Below, piece after piece: positions 1 through 7,407 of a stretch of 17,303 nucleotides of DNA; position 1 is the first letter of the stretch, and every line of letters begins with the position of its first letter. Origin of the DNA: Candidatus Cloacimonadota bacterium (GTDB lineage: Bacteria; Cloacimonadota; Cloacimonadia; Cloacimonadales; TCS61); contig JAIPGO010000094.1 of NCBI GenBank assembly GCA_021736135.1, positions 1-17,303 on the forward strand, read 5' to 3'. The translations under genes and the position numbers were made by a program. Under the pieces are notes generated by a model that was not told the DNA's origin, did no database searches, and saw nothing but the letters and a program-made list of their open reading frames with translations.

Positions 1-149
1 TCGCATCTTGACTCCTTTTAATTTATTGTCCCGCAAGACATTAAGACAATAATTTGTCAGTTAGGAGGTAGTCAAGATGTTTTTAAGAAATTTAACTTAT
101 TCTTTATCAATAAGTTAGGAAATATGAAAAAGGCTTTATCGTTATTCAG

Positions 150-1898
150 GTGGAGGATCAATTTGGAAATTATCCTTCTGAAAGTAATATTGATTATAGT
201 TGCTGGATAACTGCCCGACCCGGAGAAGCCCGAGATTTTGGAAGTACTGGTTGTGATTATTCCTCAACAAATGGATTTATTTCCATTAATATTGGGAATT
301 TTTCTCAGTGGAATGATACTGAAACCCTGCATGTGGTAGTAAGCCTTAGCAATGTGGACGGTGGTCCCTGGATTAAGGAAGAAACAATTGATGAAGATGC
401 ACCTGGTGATTTGCAATATTATCTGTTTCCATCCAATGGATTGCAGTGTGGAACTTATGAAACCGAGACTGCTGTGTTAACAGACGATAGCGAAGTAGAG
501 GTTTCTTTTGACTATTCTGAAGCTGCTGACGTATTGGTAAAAGTGAAACCAGCTGCTGCACTTTCTGTAAGTATTCCAGTAAGGCAATTTGACGGAGCTA
601 GAACGTCCATCCCCAATAACAGCAAATCTCTGCCTATATGTTTTGACGTAGATGATGCAAATGTATCAACTGGTCATACAGTTGATTACACGTTTACCTG
701 GAATGCACCGGCACCCAGTGGCACGTCTGGACAATTGGTAGTAACTTTTAATGGTGGCGACACCTGGCAGGATGTAACTGCGGTAGCTAACTTCAGCATT
801 TTGGGCTGGGATTTAGCAGGAAACAGTACTTACGGCAAGACTTATGGAGTAAAAGTTCAAAGAACTTATGCAAGCAGGCACGAGGCAGACGCGTCTTATG
901 CCTTTGGTGATGGTGAAGGCACAGAACTATTGCAGTTAAGCTCTGTTCAGGGAGCGGCAGTTACTACGGTAACAAAAAATACTCCTGCAGATTATGATGT
1001 GACCCTAAGCTGGGCAGCAGTTGCCGGTGCCACGAATTACAAGATCAAGTATTGTGATACTTATGCCGGAGGCACTTACAGTTATTATCAGGAAGGCGGG
1101 ACTGATTTTGTTACTACAAATACTTACAAAGTACTACAGGGCTGGAGTGGCAATGGATTTAATAATATTGACCGGGCGAATTTCATCAAGATAGAAGCCT
1201 GTCATGACACTTACACCAATAATGAAAGCGATATCATAGCCTTTAGAGAGTATAACAATAATATTAATTCCTATCTTCCTTCCAATTGCTTTATCTCTCT
1301 TTTGTTTGATAATTCGCAGCTTTATACTACGGCTTCCGCTTTAGGTGATGCCCTGGGTAATGTAGATATTATTGGTCAGTGGGATGGCGACAGTTGGGAT
1401 ACCTGCCAGAAGATACATTTTCCGGACTGGTACCCGATCGAGAATTCCTACTGGTGGTTGGGAGATTTTAATCTTAACACGAATAAACCTATAATGGTGA
1501 CTGCAGAAGACGAGATCAAGGCATTTTTCTCTAAGGGAAGTTTAAGTGATGCCCGTCATTTCAATTGTCCTTTAACAGCTGGGGCGGCGGCTTTGGAAGA
1601 TAATCTGATAATTATTCCGATGGATTCGAGCATATATAGTGACAGCGGCTGGGAGACTAATACTGGTGATGCTCTTTATAGCGGACTCCAGAAACTGGCT
1701 CAAAGTATCACTGATTGTACTAAGATCGAGAAGTGGAATAAAAATACTCAGGCCTGGCGAGTACTTTCTATCACAGATACTTCGTGGGGTGATGAACGCT
1801 GGGAAGTTGCCAGTGACAACGATGTATTACCGGGCTCAATCTATAGAGTCCAGGTAAGTTCCAGTTCAACCTGGTCTTGTGCAGTGATCGGGGAATAA
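150..1898 (+). CDS. Large hypothetical protein (581 aa from GTG 150). Paralogue of downstream genes 3 and 4. Contains an FN3-like segment (VTLSWAAVAGATNYKIKY) and a C-terminal 'TQxW' module. No signal peptide in any frame, so the start is uncertain.
   Basis: Long uninterrupted ORF abutting gene 2 (stop 1898, RBS AGGAGG 1896-1901, ATG 1909). FN3-like motif. The C-terminal 90 aa (IPMDSS...KIEKWNKNTQAW...GSIYRVQV) aligns with two segments of gene 3 and with repeats in gene 4. The first in-frame start is GTG with a weak RBS. An ATG at 124 with a good AGGA RBS lies in the +1 frame (MKKALSLF...) and stops after 28 codons. Confidence 0.6.
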   Translation: MEDQFGNYPSESNIDYSCWITARPGEARDFGSTGCDYSSTNGFISINIGNFSQWNDTETLHVVVSLSNVDGGPWIKEETIDEDAPGDLQYYLFPSNGLQCGTYETETAVLTDDSEVEVSFDYSEAADVLVKVKPAAALSVSIPVRQFDGARTSIPNNSKSLPICFDVDDANVSTGHTVDYTFTWNAPAPSGTSGQLVVTFNGGDTWQDVTAVANFSILGWDLAGNSTYGKTYGVKVQRTYASRHEADASYAFGDGEGTELLQLSSVQGAAVTTVTKNTPADYDVTLSWAAVAGATNYKIKYCDTYAGGTYSYYQEGGTDFVTTNTYKVLQGWSGNGFNNIDRANFIKIEACHDTYTNNESDIIAFREYNNNINSYLPSNCFISLLFDNSQLYTTASALGDALGNVDIIGQWDGDSWDTCQKIHFPDWYPIENSYWWLGDFNLNTNKPIMVTAEDEIKAFFSKGSLSDARHFNCPLTAGAAALEDNLIIIPMDSSIYSDSGWETNTGDALYSGLQKLAQSITDCTKIEKWNKNTQAWRVLSITDTSWGDERWEVASDNDVLPGSIYRVQVSSSSTWSCAVIGE

Positions 1899-1908
1899 GG
1901 AGGAAACC

Positions 1909-3141
1909 ATGAAAAAAATAATTATAAGTTTGATCATTCTCATAAGTTTTTCACTGGTTTTGGCAGAAGATTATCATGATGTAAGCATGACACCATCACT
2001 CAAAGTAACAGTTCTGATAAATGGAGATGCTGATGTATATGAAATGCAATCCTGGAGTGCCCAACTCTATAGCACAGATGGCACGGCAGTAGGCACGGCA
2101 GTTGTTGGAAATACAACTCCCGGAGCAGCATCAAATATAGAAGGCTGTTATTTTGGAGTTAACAGTGTGGATACCAGCATGGGATATATCACTATAGATG
2201 TTGGGAACCTTGGCTATAACTATCGTCGTTATCGCACAACAACAGCTTTGGGCGGACAAACTGAGTATATCCAGGTAATACCTGAAACAGGTCATGATGA
2301 ATCAATTCCCAGATATGTGGAAGGTGAATATACCTATAATACCAGTGGTGTTTTAACAGATGGTCCTACTCTCAGGATCACCTACAATCTTGGAGGTCGA
2401 GCAGATGAAACTGTAGATCCGGGTAATACAGCATGGTCTGGCGGTTACATAGGATTAACCGAAGAAAATCTGACATTTTCTGATGACGGAGATGGATGGG
2501 GAGAAGGTGGAATTTTGCCCGTAACCCTGTCATCATTCACCGCTGTTCTTACTGATGGAACCCCTCAATTGCAATGGATCACCCAGAGTGAGATCAATAA
2601 TGCAGGCTGGAATATTTTCAGATCCGAGACAGGTCTTTTTGAAGAATCGGTAAGAATAAACAACGAGTTCATCTCAGGAGCCGGAACCACCTCTCAGCCG
2701 ACAGATTATGCTTATCTGGATGAATATGAAGTCACAGATGGTGCAACCTACAGTTACTGGCTGGAAAGCATAGCTTTCAGCGGAACGTCGGATAACTATG
2801 GTCCTATTACGCTAAAGATACCGGAAGACGGCAATAATCAGTCTCCGGAAGTACCTATCGTATATGGTCTGCATCAGAATTATCCCAATCCCTTTAATCC
2901 CGACACCTATATAAGTTTTGCCCTGGAAGAAACAGGTCCGGCAAAAATAGATATCTACAATATCAGAGGTCAGAAAGTGATCAATCTTTTTGATGAGGAT
3001 GCTGTAAATAAAGACTCCAATATCAGCGTTTACTGGAACGGTTGTGACAGTAATGGGACATCAGTTGCGTCAGGGATATATTTCTATCGCCTGGAAGCCA
3101 ACGGAGAAACCCATAACCGCAAAATGGTTTTAACCAAGTAA
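1909..3141 (+). CDS. Secreted T9SS cargo protein (410 aa). N-terminal signal peptide, beta-sandwich spacer domain, type-A T9SS C-terminal sorting domain. Function unknown.
   Basis: RBS AGGAGG 7 nt upstream of ATG. Signal peptide MKKIIISLIILISFSLVLA. C-terminus ...LHQNYPNPFNPDTYISFAL...IYNIRGQKV...SGIYFYRLEANGE...KMVLTK matches the Por_Secre_tail/TIGR04183 consensus (NYPNPFNP ... IY(D/N)xxGxxV ... GxYFYRL ... KMxLxK). Preceded by an Ig/FN3-like segment (LSSFTA...LQWITQSEINNAGWNIFRSE...YSYWLESI). Confidence 0.85.
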   Translation: MKKIIISLIILISFSLVLAEDYHDVSMTPSLKVTVLINGDADVYEMQSWSAQLYSTDGTAVGTAVVGNTTPGAASNIEGCYFGVNSVDTSMGYITIDVGNLGYNYRRYRTTTALGGQTEYIQVIPETGHDESIPRYVEGEYTYNTSGVLTDGPTLRITYNLGGRADETVDPGNTAWSGGYIGLTEENLTFSDDGDGWGEGGILPVTLSSFTAVLTDGTPQLQWITQSEINNAGWNIFRSETGLFEESVRINNEFISGAGTTSQPTDYAYLDEYEVTDGATYSYWLESIAFSGTSDNYGPITLKIPEDGNNQSPEVPIVYGLHQNYPNPFNPDTYISFALEETGPAKIDIYNIRGQKVINLFDEDAVNKDSNISVYWNGCDSNGTSVASGIYFYRLEANGETHNRKMVLTK

Positions 3142-3149
3142 CAATTATC

Positions 3150-3175
3150 TACTCCGTTATGCGAGTGACGGAGTA
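3150..3175 (+). other. Stem-loop between genes 2 and 3 (8-bp stem tactccgt/acggagta, 10-nt loop) with no U-tract. Possible mRNA-stabilising or attenuating structure, not a canonical terminator.
   Basis: Inverted repeat read directly from the sequence 9 nt after the gene 2 stop. The downstream sequence is A-rich, not T-rich. Confidence 0.3.
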
Positions 3176-3232
3176 AAGGATAAATTAAAAAAGATGGAAA
3201 AAAAACAAAACAAGGAGAAAGGGGAGAGAAGT

Positions 3233-5356
3233 ATGAAGAAAATAATAGCTTTACTTCTTATTGTGGCATTCAGTGCCGTTGCCTTTGCAGGAGATTTCCT
3301 GAATCATCCGACAATTGAATATGTAGAATGGGATGATGGAGATATCACTCTTAGTACTTTTATGACAGGAGAATTTCTGGGAGATCCCTCTACCTGGGGT
3401 CTGGAAGGTACTTTTGTATCCAGTGATGCCACGAATCCAACTGCTAACGTAGAACCCGGTGCGCTTACCAATGGTGATATTTTGAACCTGAAAGGTATGC
3501 TGATGAAAAACACCAATTATGGTGGCACCAGTTATGAATTTTATAGTTTCGTTTATGATGATGGCGTTGATCGCCGCTTATTTGTGGGCGTGAAAGCTTA
3601 TGATGATGTACTTCATCTGGCATATCAGCCATATCCTGATGTAAAAGCTAATCGTAGTGATTATGCGGAATTCCGCCTTGATTTCACCAATAATGCAGCT
3701 CAAACAGGTGCTGGTAATACCGGTGCTGGAGTTATGGCAGGTACGGAATGGGCTGGTATTTATGGCGAAACTGAAGTAAATGACGGCAGCGTCGGATATG
3801 GCCAGTCAGTTGACTTTTTCGATGGCTGTACTTATGAAGGAACTGAATATGCTGCTGCCTCAGGATTCGCTGCCTGGGAAACCGTTGCAGATGATGACAT
3901 GTATGCCGGCAATGCTTTTGGTACTCATAGTTTAGGCTTTTACGTAAATGCCTGGTGGGATCTTGATCATGCCCTTACGGTTGTAAAGGGTACAGAAGAT
4001 CCGGCAATTGGCACCCATGCTGCATATGGAGAAACGAGTTATTTTAATGCCTGGACCAAACTGGAGACATTTGGAATGGGCCTGGTTGTGAAAGATCATG
4101 ATGGTGAAGGTCTGGATTATTTTGATCATGACCGTATCTGGTCAAGTGGTTTGCATAATACTGATGGCACTACTACCCAGGGTCATGCAGCAGATTATAA
4201 AGGTTCCGGACGTCAGTCTGATGTTCAGTGTAATACCCCTGCAGTATTTATGAGTCTAGTTAAGGCTGGCAGAAAGCTTGACGTAAGTTCATCTTATGCC
4301 ACTGCCACTGATTTCGTTACTCTGGACTGGGATGCTCCCACAGGCTTTGACGGTGCATTGACATATAATGTATATTCTTCACCGGTTTATGATAATTCCT
4401 TTAACGTACATCCTGACTATTTTGATAATACTGTTGGAGTTATGGCAACTGCTCCCAGAATGTATGACTGGGCAGGAATGTGGAATGGAACGGCATTTTA
4501 TGGTGATAATACAGATGGAACTTACACCAGTGAATGGAAGTATGCTAATCCCAATCATGTATCTTATGATGGTAATTGGACAAAAGTAGCATCAGCTATT
4601 TCAGCAACAGACTGGACAAGCGGCAGCATGGCTGCTTATGATGAATATTACTTCCTGGTTACTGTTCTTGATGGTGGCGTGGAATATGGCTTCCCCAGTG
4701 ATATGATCGGATTTGTAAAATATGATTGCGTTAGTAATGAGACTAATACAGATATTAACTTTATAGCTCTACCTTTTGATATGGGCTTTGATATGGCAAG
4801 TGATCTGGGAGACGCAATTGGAACAAGTAACGTTGTAACCATTACCAAGTGGGTTGTTGCAGCTCAGGGCTATAGTTCAACCAGTTATATCCCCGGCTAT
4901 GGCTGGATCAATGACTTTGATTTAGAAGAAAACGGCTGCTATATGCTTGGTGTGGTGGATGATTTCGAATTTGTAAATATTGGTAAACTGCTGGTACACC
5001 CCAGTTATGATCTTACCTATACCGTGACAACAAATATGAATTGGGTAACGGTTCCGATGCTCACGGAAAGCTTCTGTGACACAGCCCAGGAACTTGTTGA
5101 CCTGGTATCACGTCCCTTTGACGGACCTCAGAAATCACGCGTGGAAAAAGTATCACGCTGGATAAACACAACTCAGAGCTGGCAGGATTGTTATTATGCA
5201 GGAAGCTGGCTGGGAACTGATTTTGCTGTGACCAAGGGAATGCCTCTGGCAATGTTCCCGGTTAATGGCATTACTTTACAATGGCCTGTTTATGATTCAC
5301 ATCCCGACTGGGATTCTTCAGTAGCAGCAGCGGATCAGCCCATTGAGCACCAGTAA
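3233..5356 (+). CDS. Large secreted hypothetical protein (707 aa from ATG 3233; the track ORF begins at 3194). Signal peptide, FN3-like segment, two copies of the 'TQxW' module. No T9SS CTD.
   Basis: ATG 3233 is preceded by AAGGAGAAAGGGGAG and gives MKKIIALLLIVAFSAVAFA. The 13 codons upstream (MEKKQNKEKGERS) are Lys/Glu-rich and are probably not translated. FN3-like VTLDWDAPTGFDGALTYNVY. Modules at about aa 515-590 (ALPFD...VTITKWVVAAQGY...GCYMLGV) and about aa 605-690 (VPMLTES...VEKVSRWINTTQSWQD...ITLQWP). Confidence 0.8.
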   Translation: MKKIIALLLIVAFSAVAFAGDFLNHPTIEYVEWDDGDITLSTFMTGEFLGDPSTWGLEGTFVSSDATNPTANVEPGALTNGDILNLKGMLMKNTNYGGTSYEFYSFVYDDGVDRRLFVGVKAYDDVLHLAYQPYPDVKANRSDYAEFRLDFTNNAAQTGAGNTGAGVMAGTEWAGIYGETEVNDGSVGYGQSVDFFDGCTYEGTEYAAASGFAAWETVADDDMYAGNAFGTHSLGFYVNAWWDLDHALTVVKGTEDPAIGTHAAYGETSYFNAWTKLETFGMGLVVKDHDGEGLDYFDHDRIWSSGLHNTDGTTTQGHAADYKGSGRQSDVQCNTPAVFMSLVKAGRKLDVSSSYATATDFVTLDWDAPTGFDGALTYNVYSSPVYDNSFNVHPDYFDNTVGVMATAPRMYDWAGMWNGTAFYGDNTDGTYTSEWKYANPNHVSYDGNWTKVASAISATDWTSGSMAAYDEYYFLVTVLDGGVEYGFPSDMIGFVKYDCVSNETNTDINFIALPFDMGFDMASDLGDAIGTSNVVTITKWVVAAQGYSSTSYIPGYGWINDFDLEENGCYMLGVVDDFEFVNIGKLLVHPSYDLTYTVTTNMNWVTVPMLTESFCDTAQELVDLVSRPFDGPQKSRVEKVSRWINTTQSWQDCYYAGSWLGTDFAVTKGMPLAMFPVNGITLQWPVYDSHPDWDSSVAAADQPIEHQ

Positions 5357-5402
5357 AAGTTTCTGCAAAAAAATGGTAAGCAAAAACTAAAAGGAGAAAT
5401 TT

Positions 5403-6851
5403 ATGAAAAAGATATTTACACTGATCCTTGCATTTGCTATGGCTGCCGCTCTTTTTGCAGGAATACCACACCCTGTATTTGTGGAATATACGGGCAGCCC
5501 GGTAAGTTTTGGAGCGTATCTGGGAACAGATACTTCTATGGAAAATGTATTGTATGACACATCAATAGGTTGCGGGATATTGACTGATCCTGATCTGATC
5601 ATGGTGGAATGCGGTAATTTCCCGGAATGGGAATATGCTGATGTTCTTTATATCGTATTAACTTATCCTGATTATACTTATCAATACTCACAGGTAATAT
5701 TGGATTATGATAATGTCCAGGCACTTACAGGTGAAGATGCAATCTGGTTTGACGGTATTCCTGGTGGAGAAGTGACTCAGGAAGGTGTATTTGCACCCGG
5801 CTGGAATCTGTGGAGTTATAATGTGCTGCTGGAAAATCATGCTGTTGATGTTGTATTGCAAGATATGATGTATCTCACCAAGGTAAAAAGCATTACTCAG
5901 AGTTATGACCCATCTCTGGATCCGATGTTCAATACACTCGAATTTCTGGAGGATGGATATGGCTACTGGGTTCAGGTATCTGATGAAGATTATCTGGAAC
6001 TTACCGGAGCACCAATTCCCCTCACTACGGAAATAGCACTTGGTGTTGGCTGGAACCTGGTTGCCTTTCTTCCTCAGGTAATGGAAGACGTGGAATATGC
6101 TTTTGAGGCTTTGATCCCGCCTGCCGGAACCCAACTGCTTAAGGTAAAAAGCATAACCCAGAGTTATGATCCTTCTCTGGATCCCATGTTCAATACCCTG
6201 GAAACTTTACATCCCGGCAACGGTTACTGGGTCAGAGTCGGCACTGCTGTTGACTTCACTTATCCGGATCCTCCGGCACGTAGTATTAATGAAGAAGCAG
6301 TTAGTAATTACGTCTGGACTCCGGTAATCTATACCAATAGTACCTGTGCTTATGGTTACACAACCGCTACCGAAGGTTATGTTGGTGCTTTCGTAGCCGG
6401 TGAATGCCGTGGCATCGCAGATGTACGTGAAGGGACAGTTTCATTCGTGATCAATGGTGAAGCTATTGAAGAAGTAAGCTTCCAGCTGTATCAGAATGGT
6501 AAAGTTTATACTGCTAATACCACGATCACCACAGATCCCGGCAATGATGTATCAGGATTTGAACTTGATTTCACAACCAATATACCTGTTTCCACGAAAC
6601 TGGTAAACGCTTACCCGAATCCTTTCAATCCCGAAACAACCATAGCTTATGATGTTGCCATTGCCGGTAACGTGAACGTAAGCGTTTACAACATCAAAGG
6701 TCAGAAAGTGGCTGAACTGGAAAACGGACATAAAGATGCAGGACAATATAATATTGTCTGGAAAGCAGATAATAATGCCAGCGGCATTTATTTCGTAAGA
6801 ATGAACGCTGCCGGTACCGACCAGATCCAGAAAGTCGTCTTAATGAAATAA
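5403..6851 (+). CDS. Secreted T9SS cargo protein (482 aa). Signal peptide, internally duplicated 87-aa segment, type-A T9SS C-terminal sorting domain. Function unknown.
   Basis: RBS AAGGAG then ATG. Signal peptide MKKIFTLILAFAMAAALFA. C-terminus KLVNAYPNPFNPETTIAYDV...VYNIKGQKV...SGIYFVRMNAAG...KVVLMK is a T9SS CTD. Two internal copies of KVKSITQSYDPSLDPMFNTLE...G.GYWV.V lie 87 codons apart. Confidence 0.85.
   Translation: MKKIFTLILAFAMAAALFAGIPHPVFVEYTGSPVSFGAYLGTDTSMENVLYDTSIGCGILTDPDLIMVECGNFPEWEYADVLYIVLTYPDYTYQYSQVILDYDNVQALTGEDAIWFDGIPGGEVTQEGVFAPGWNLWSYNVLLENHAVDVVLQDMMYLTKVKSITQSYDPSLDPMFNTLEFLEDGYGYWVQVSDEDYLELTGAPIPLTTEIALGVGWNLVAFLPQVMEDVEYAFEALIPPAGTQLLKVKSITQSYDPSLDPMFNTLETLHPGNGYWVRVGTAVDFTYPDPPARSINEEAVSNYVWTPVIYTNSTCAYGYTTATEGYVGAFVAGECRGIADVREGTVSFVINGEAIEEVSFQLYQNGKVYTANTTITTDPGNDVSGFELDFTTNIPVSTKLVNAYPNPFNPETTIAYDVAIAGNVNVSVYNIKGQKVAELENGHKDAGQYNIVWKADNNASGIYFVRMNAAGTDQIQKVVLMK
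5880..5978 (+). repeat. Intragenic direct repeat, copy 1 (about 99 nt), inside gene 4.
   Basis: aaggtaaaaagcattactcagagttatgacccatctctggatccgatgttcaatacactcgaa... recurs at 6141 with about 89% identity over the first ~62 nt. All 7 differences in that stretch are synonymous. Confidence 0.8.
6141..6238 (+). repeat. Intragenic direct repeat, copy 2, in frame, 261 nt (87 codons) downstream of copy 1.
   Basis: aaggtaaaaagcataacccagagttatgatccttctctggatcccatgttcaataccctggaa.... It encodes the identical 21-aa peptide KVKSITQSYDPSLDPMFNTLE. Confidence 0.8.
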
Positions 6852-6870
6852 GATCGATTTGTTTTTCGGG

Positions 6871-6903
6871 AAAAGGGGTAACTTGTTACCCCTTTTCTTT
6901 TTA
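6871..6903 (+). terminator. Rho-independent terminator closing the 150-6851 gene cluster.
   Basis: Perfect GC-containing hairpin aaaaggggtaac-ttg-ttaccccttttc followed by a T-run (cttttt), 20 nt after the gene 4 stop codon. Confidence 0.75.
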
Positions 6904-7098
6904 TCCAATATTGTGCAGCAGTATTTGCTGAACCACTGAGTTACTTTGCGGTTTGTTCCTGAGAAAACTGCGTTTCCTACAAATTAACACGGTTAATTTA
7001 CTCCAAAGGGGTAGTTGAAGGCACATTCGCAGCTTTTAGCAAATAAAATCTGTCGTCTTTTTACTCACTTGACTCAATCACATAATTTTAGCAGCAAC

Positions 7099-7145
7099 AT
7101 ATCCGGACACATCACATAATGACATTATATGATGTGTCCGGATAT
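7099..7145. promoter_or_regulatory. 23-bp near-perfect palindrome (1 mismatch, 1-nt spacer) in the long intergenic region upstream of the NfeD-flotillin operon. Candidate operator or structured RNA element.
   Basis: atatccggacacatcacataatg-a-cattatatgatgtgtccggatat. The 10-mer ATCACATAAT occurs at 7078-7087 and 7111-7120 (direct copies) and as the inverted copy ATTATATGAT at 7125-7134. It contains a -10-like CATAAT. Confidence 0.4.
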
Positions 7146-7349
7146 ATTGGGAGTAATCTTAAGCGAGATTATTGCCCTCATTTTTAATAGGAAAATGAGT
7201 TACCCATATCATTTTTATAATAGTATAAGGCGGCAGGAAATTAAATCAGGTTCGGATTCTTTACTCTTCGAAATCTAAATTGTTTTAGTGTGAATCATGA
7301 AAGCGAACATTCTTACTGCTAAAATATTTTGGCTAATTCAAATAAATCT

Positions 7350-7378
7350 TGACCAAATTTACCTGTTAAAGATTTAAT
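7350..7378 (+). promoter_or_regulatory. Possible sigma70-like promoter for the NfeD-flotillin operon (TTGACC -35; weak ATTTAA/TTTAAT -10).
   Basis: TTGACC at 7350-7355 with an AT-rich hexamer 17-18 nt downstream. RBS AAAGGA at 7395-7400 before ATG 7408. The organism may use non-canonical promoters, hence low confidence. Confidence 0.25.
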
Positions 7379-7407
7379 TGAAAGAATGAAATTTAAAGGA
7401 TCAAGCT

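Noticed and set aside
8-52. TTGACT hexamer and an 8-bp inverted repeat (ttattgtc...gacaataa) at the extreme left edge as a promoter/operator for the gene cluster
   Set aside because: No convincing -10 partner at proper spacing. Promoter consensus in this lineage may differ from sigma70. The window edge truncates the context.
5688-6134. 148-aa minus-strand ORF inside gene 4, plus other 60-110-aa overlapping ORFs in the track (373-561, 1639-1857, 3304-3516, 3932-4129, 4368-4589, 4648-4848, 5061-5252, 5271-5602, 6552-6746, 7864-8061, 8530-9323, 9397-9594, 9912-10473, 11025-11360, 11840-12296, 12472-13065, 13165-13575, 14562-14810, 15303-15642, 15862-16074, 16600-16860)
   Set aside because: All lie within, and mostly antisense to, longer ORFs with strong signal-peptide, motif and operon-context support. 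None has a convincing RBS or a recognisable motif. Treated as spurious.
7195-7275. 26-codon ORF (MSYPYHFYNSIRRQEIKSGSDSLLFEI) with an AGGAAA RBS in the long intergenic region; also a 25-codon ORF at 7297-7374
   Set aside because: Too short to support from sequence alone, with no hydrophobic or charged pattern suggesting a known small-protein class. Kept only as a possibility to test with Ribo-seq.
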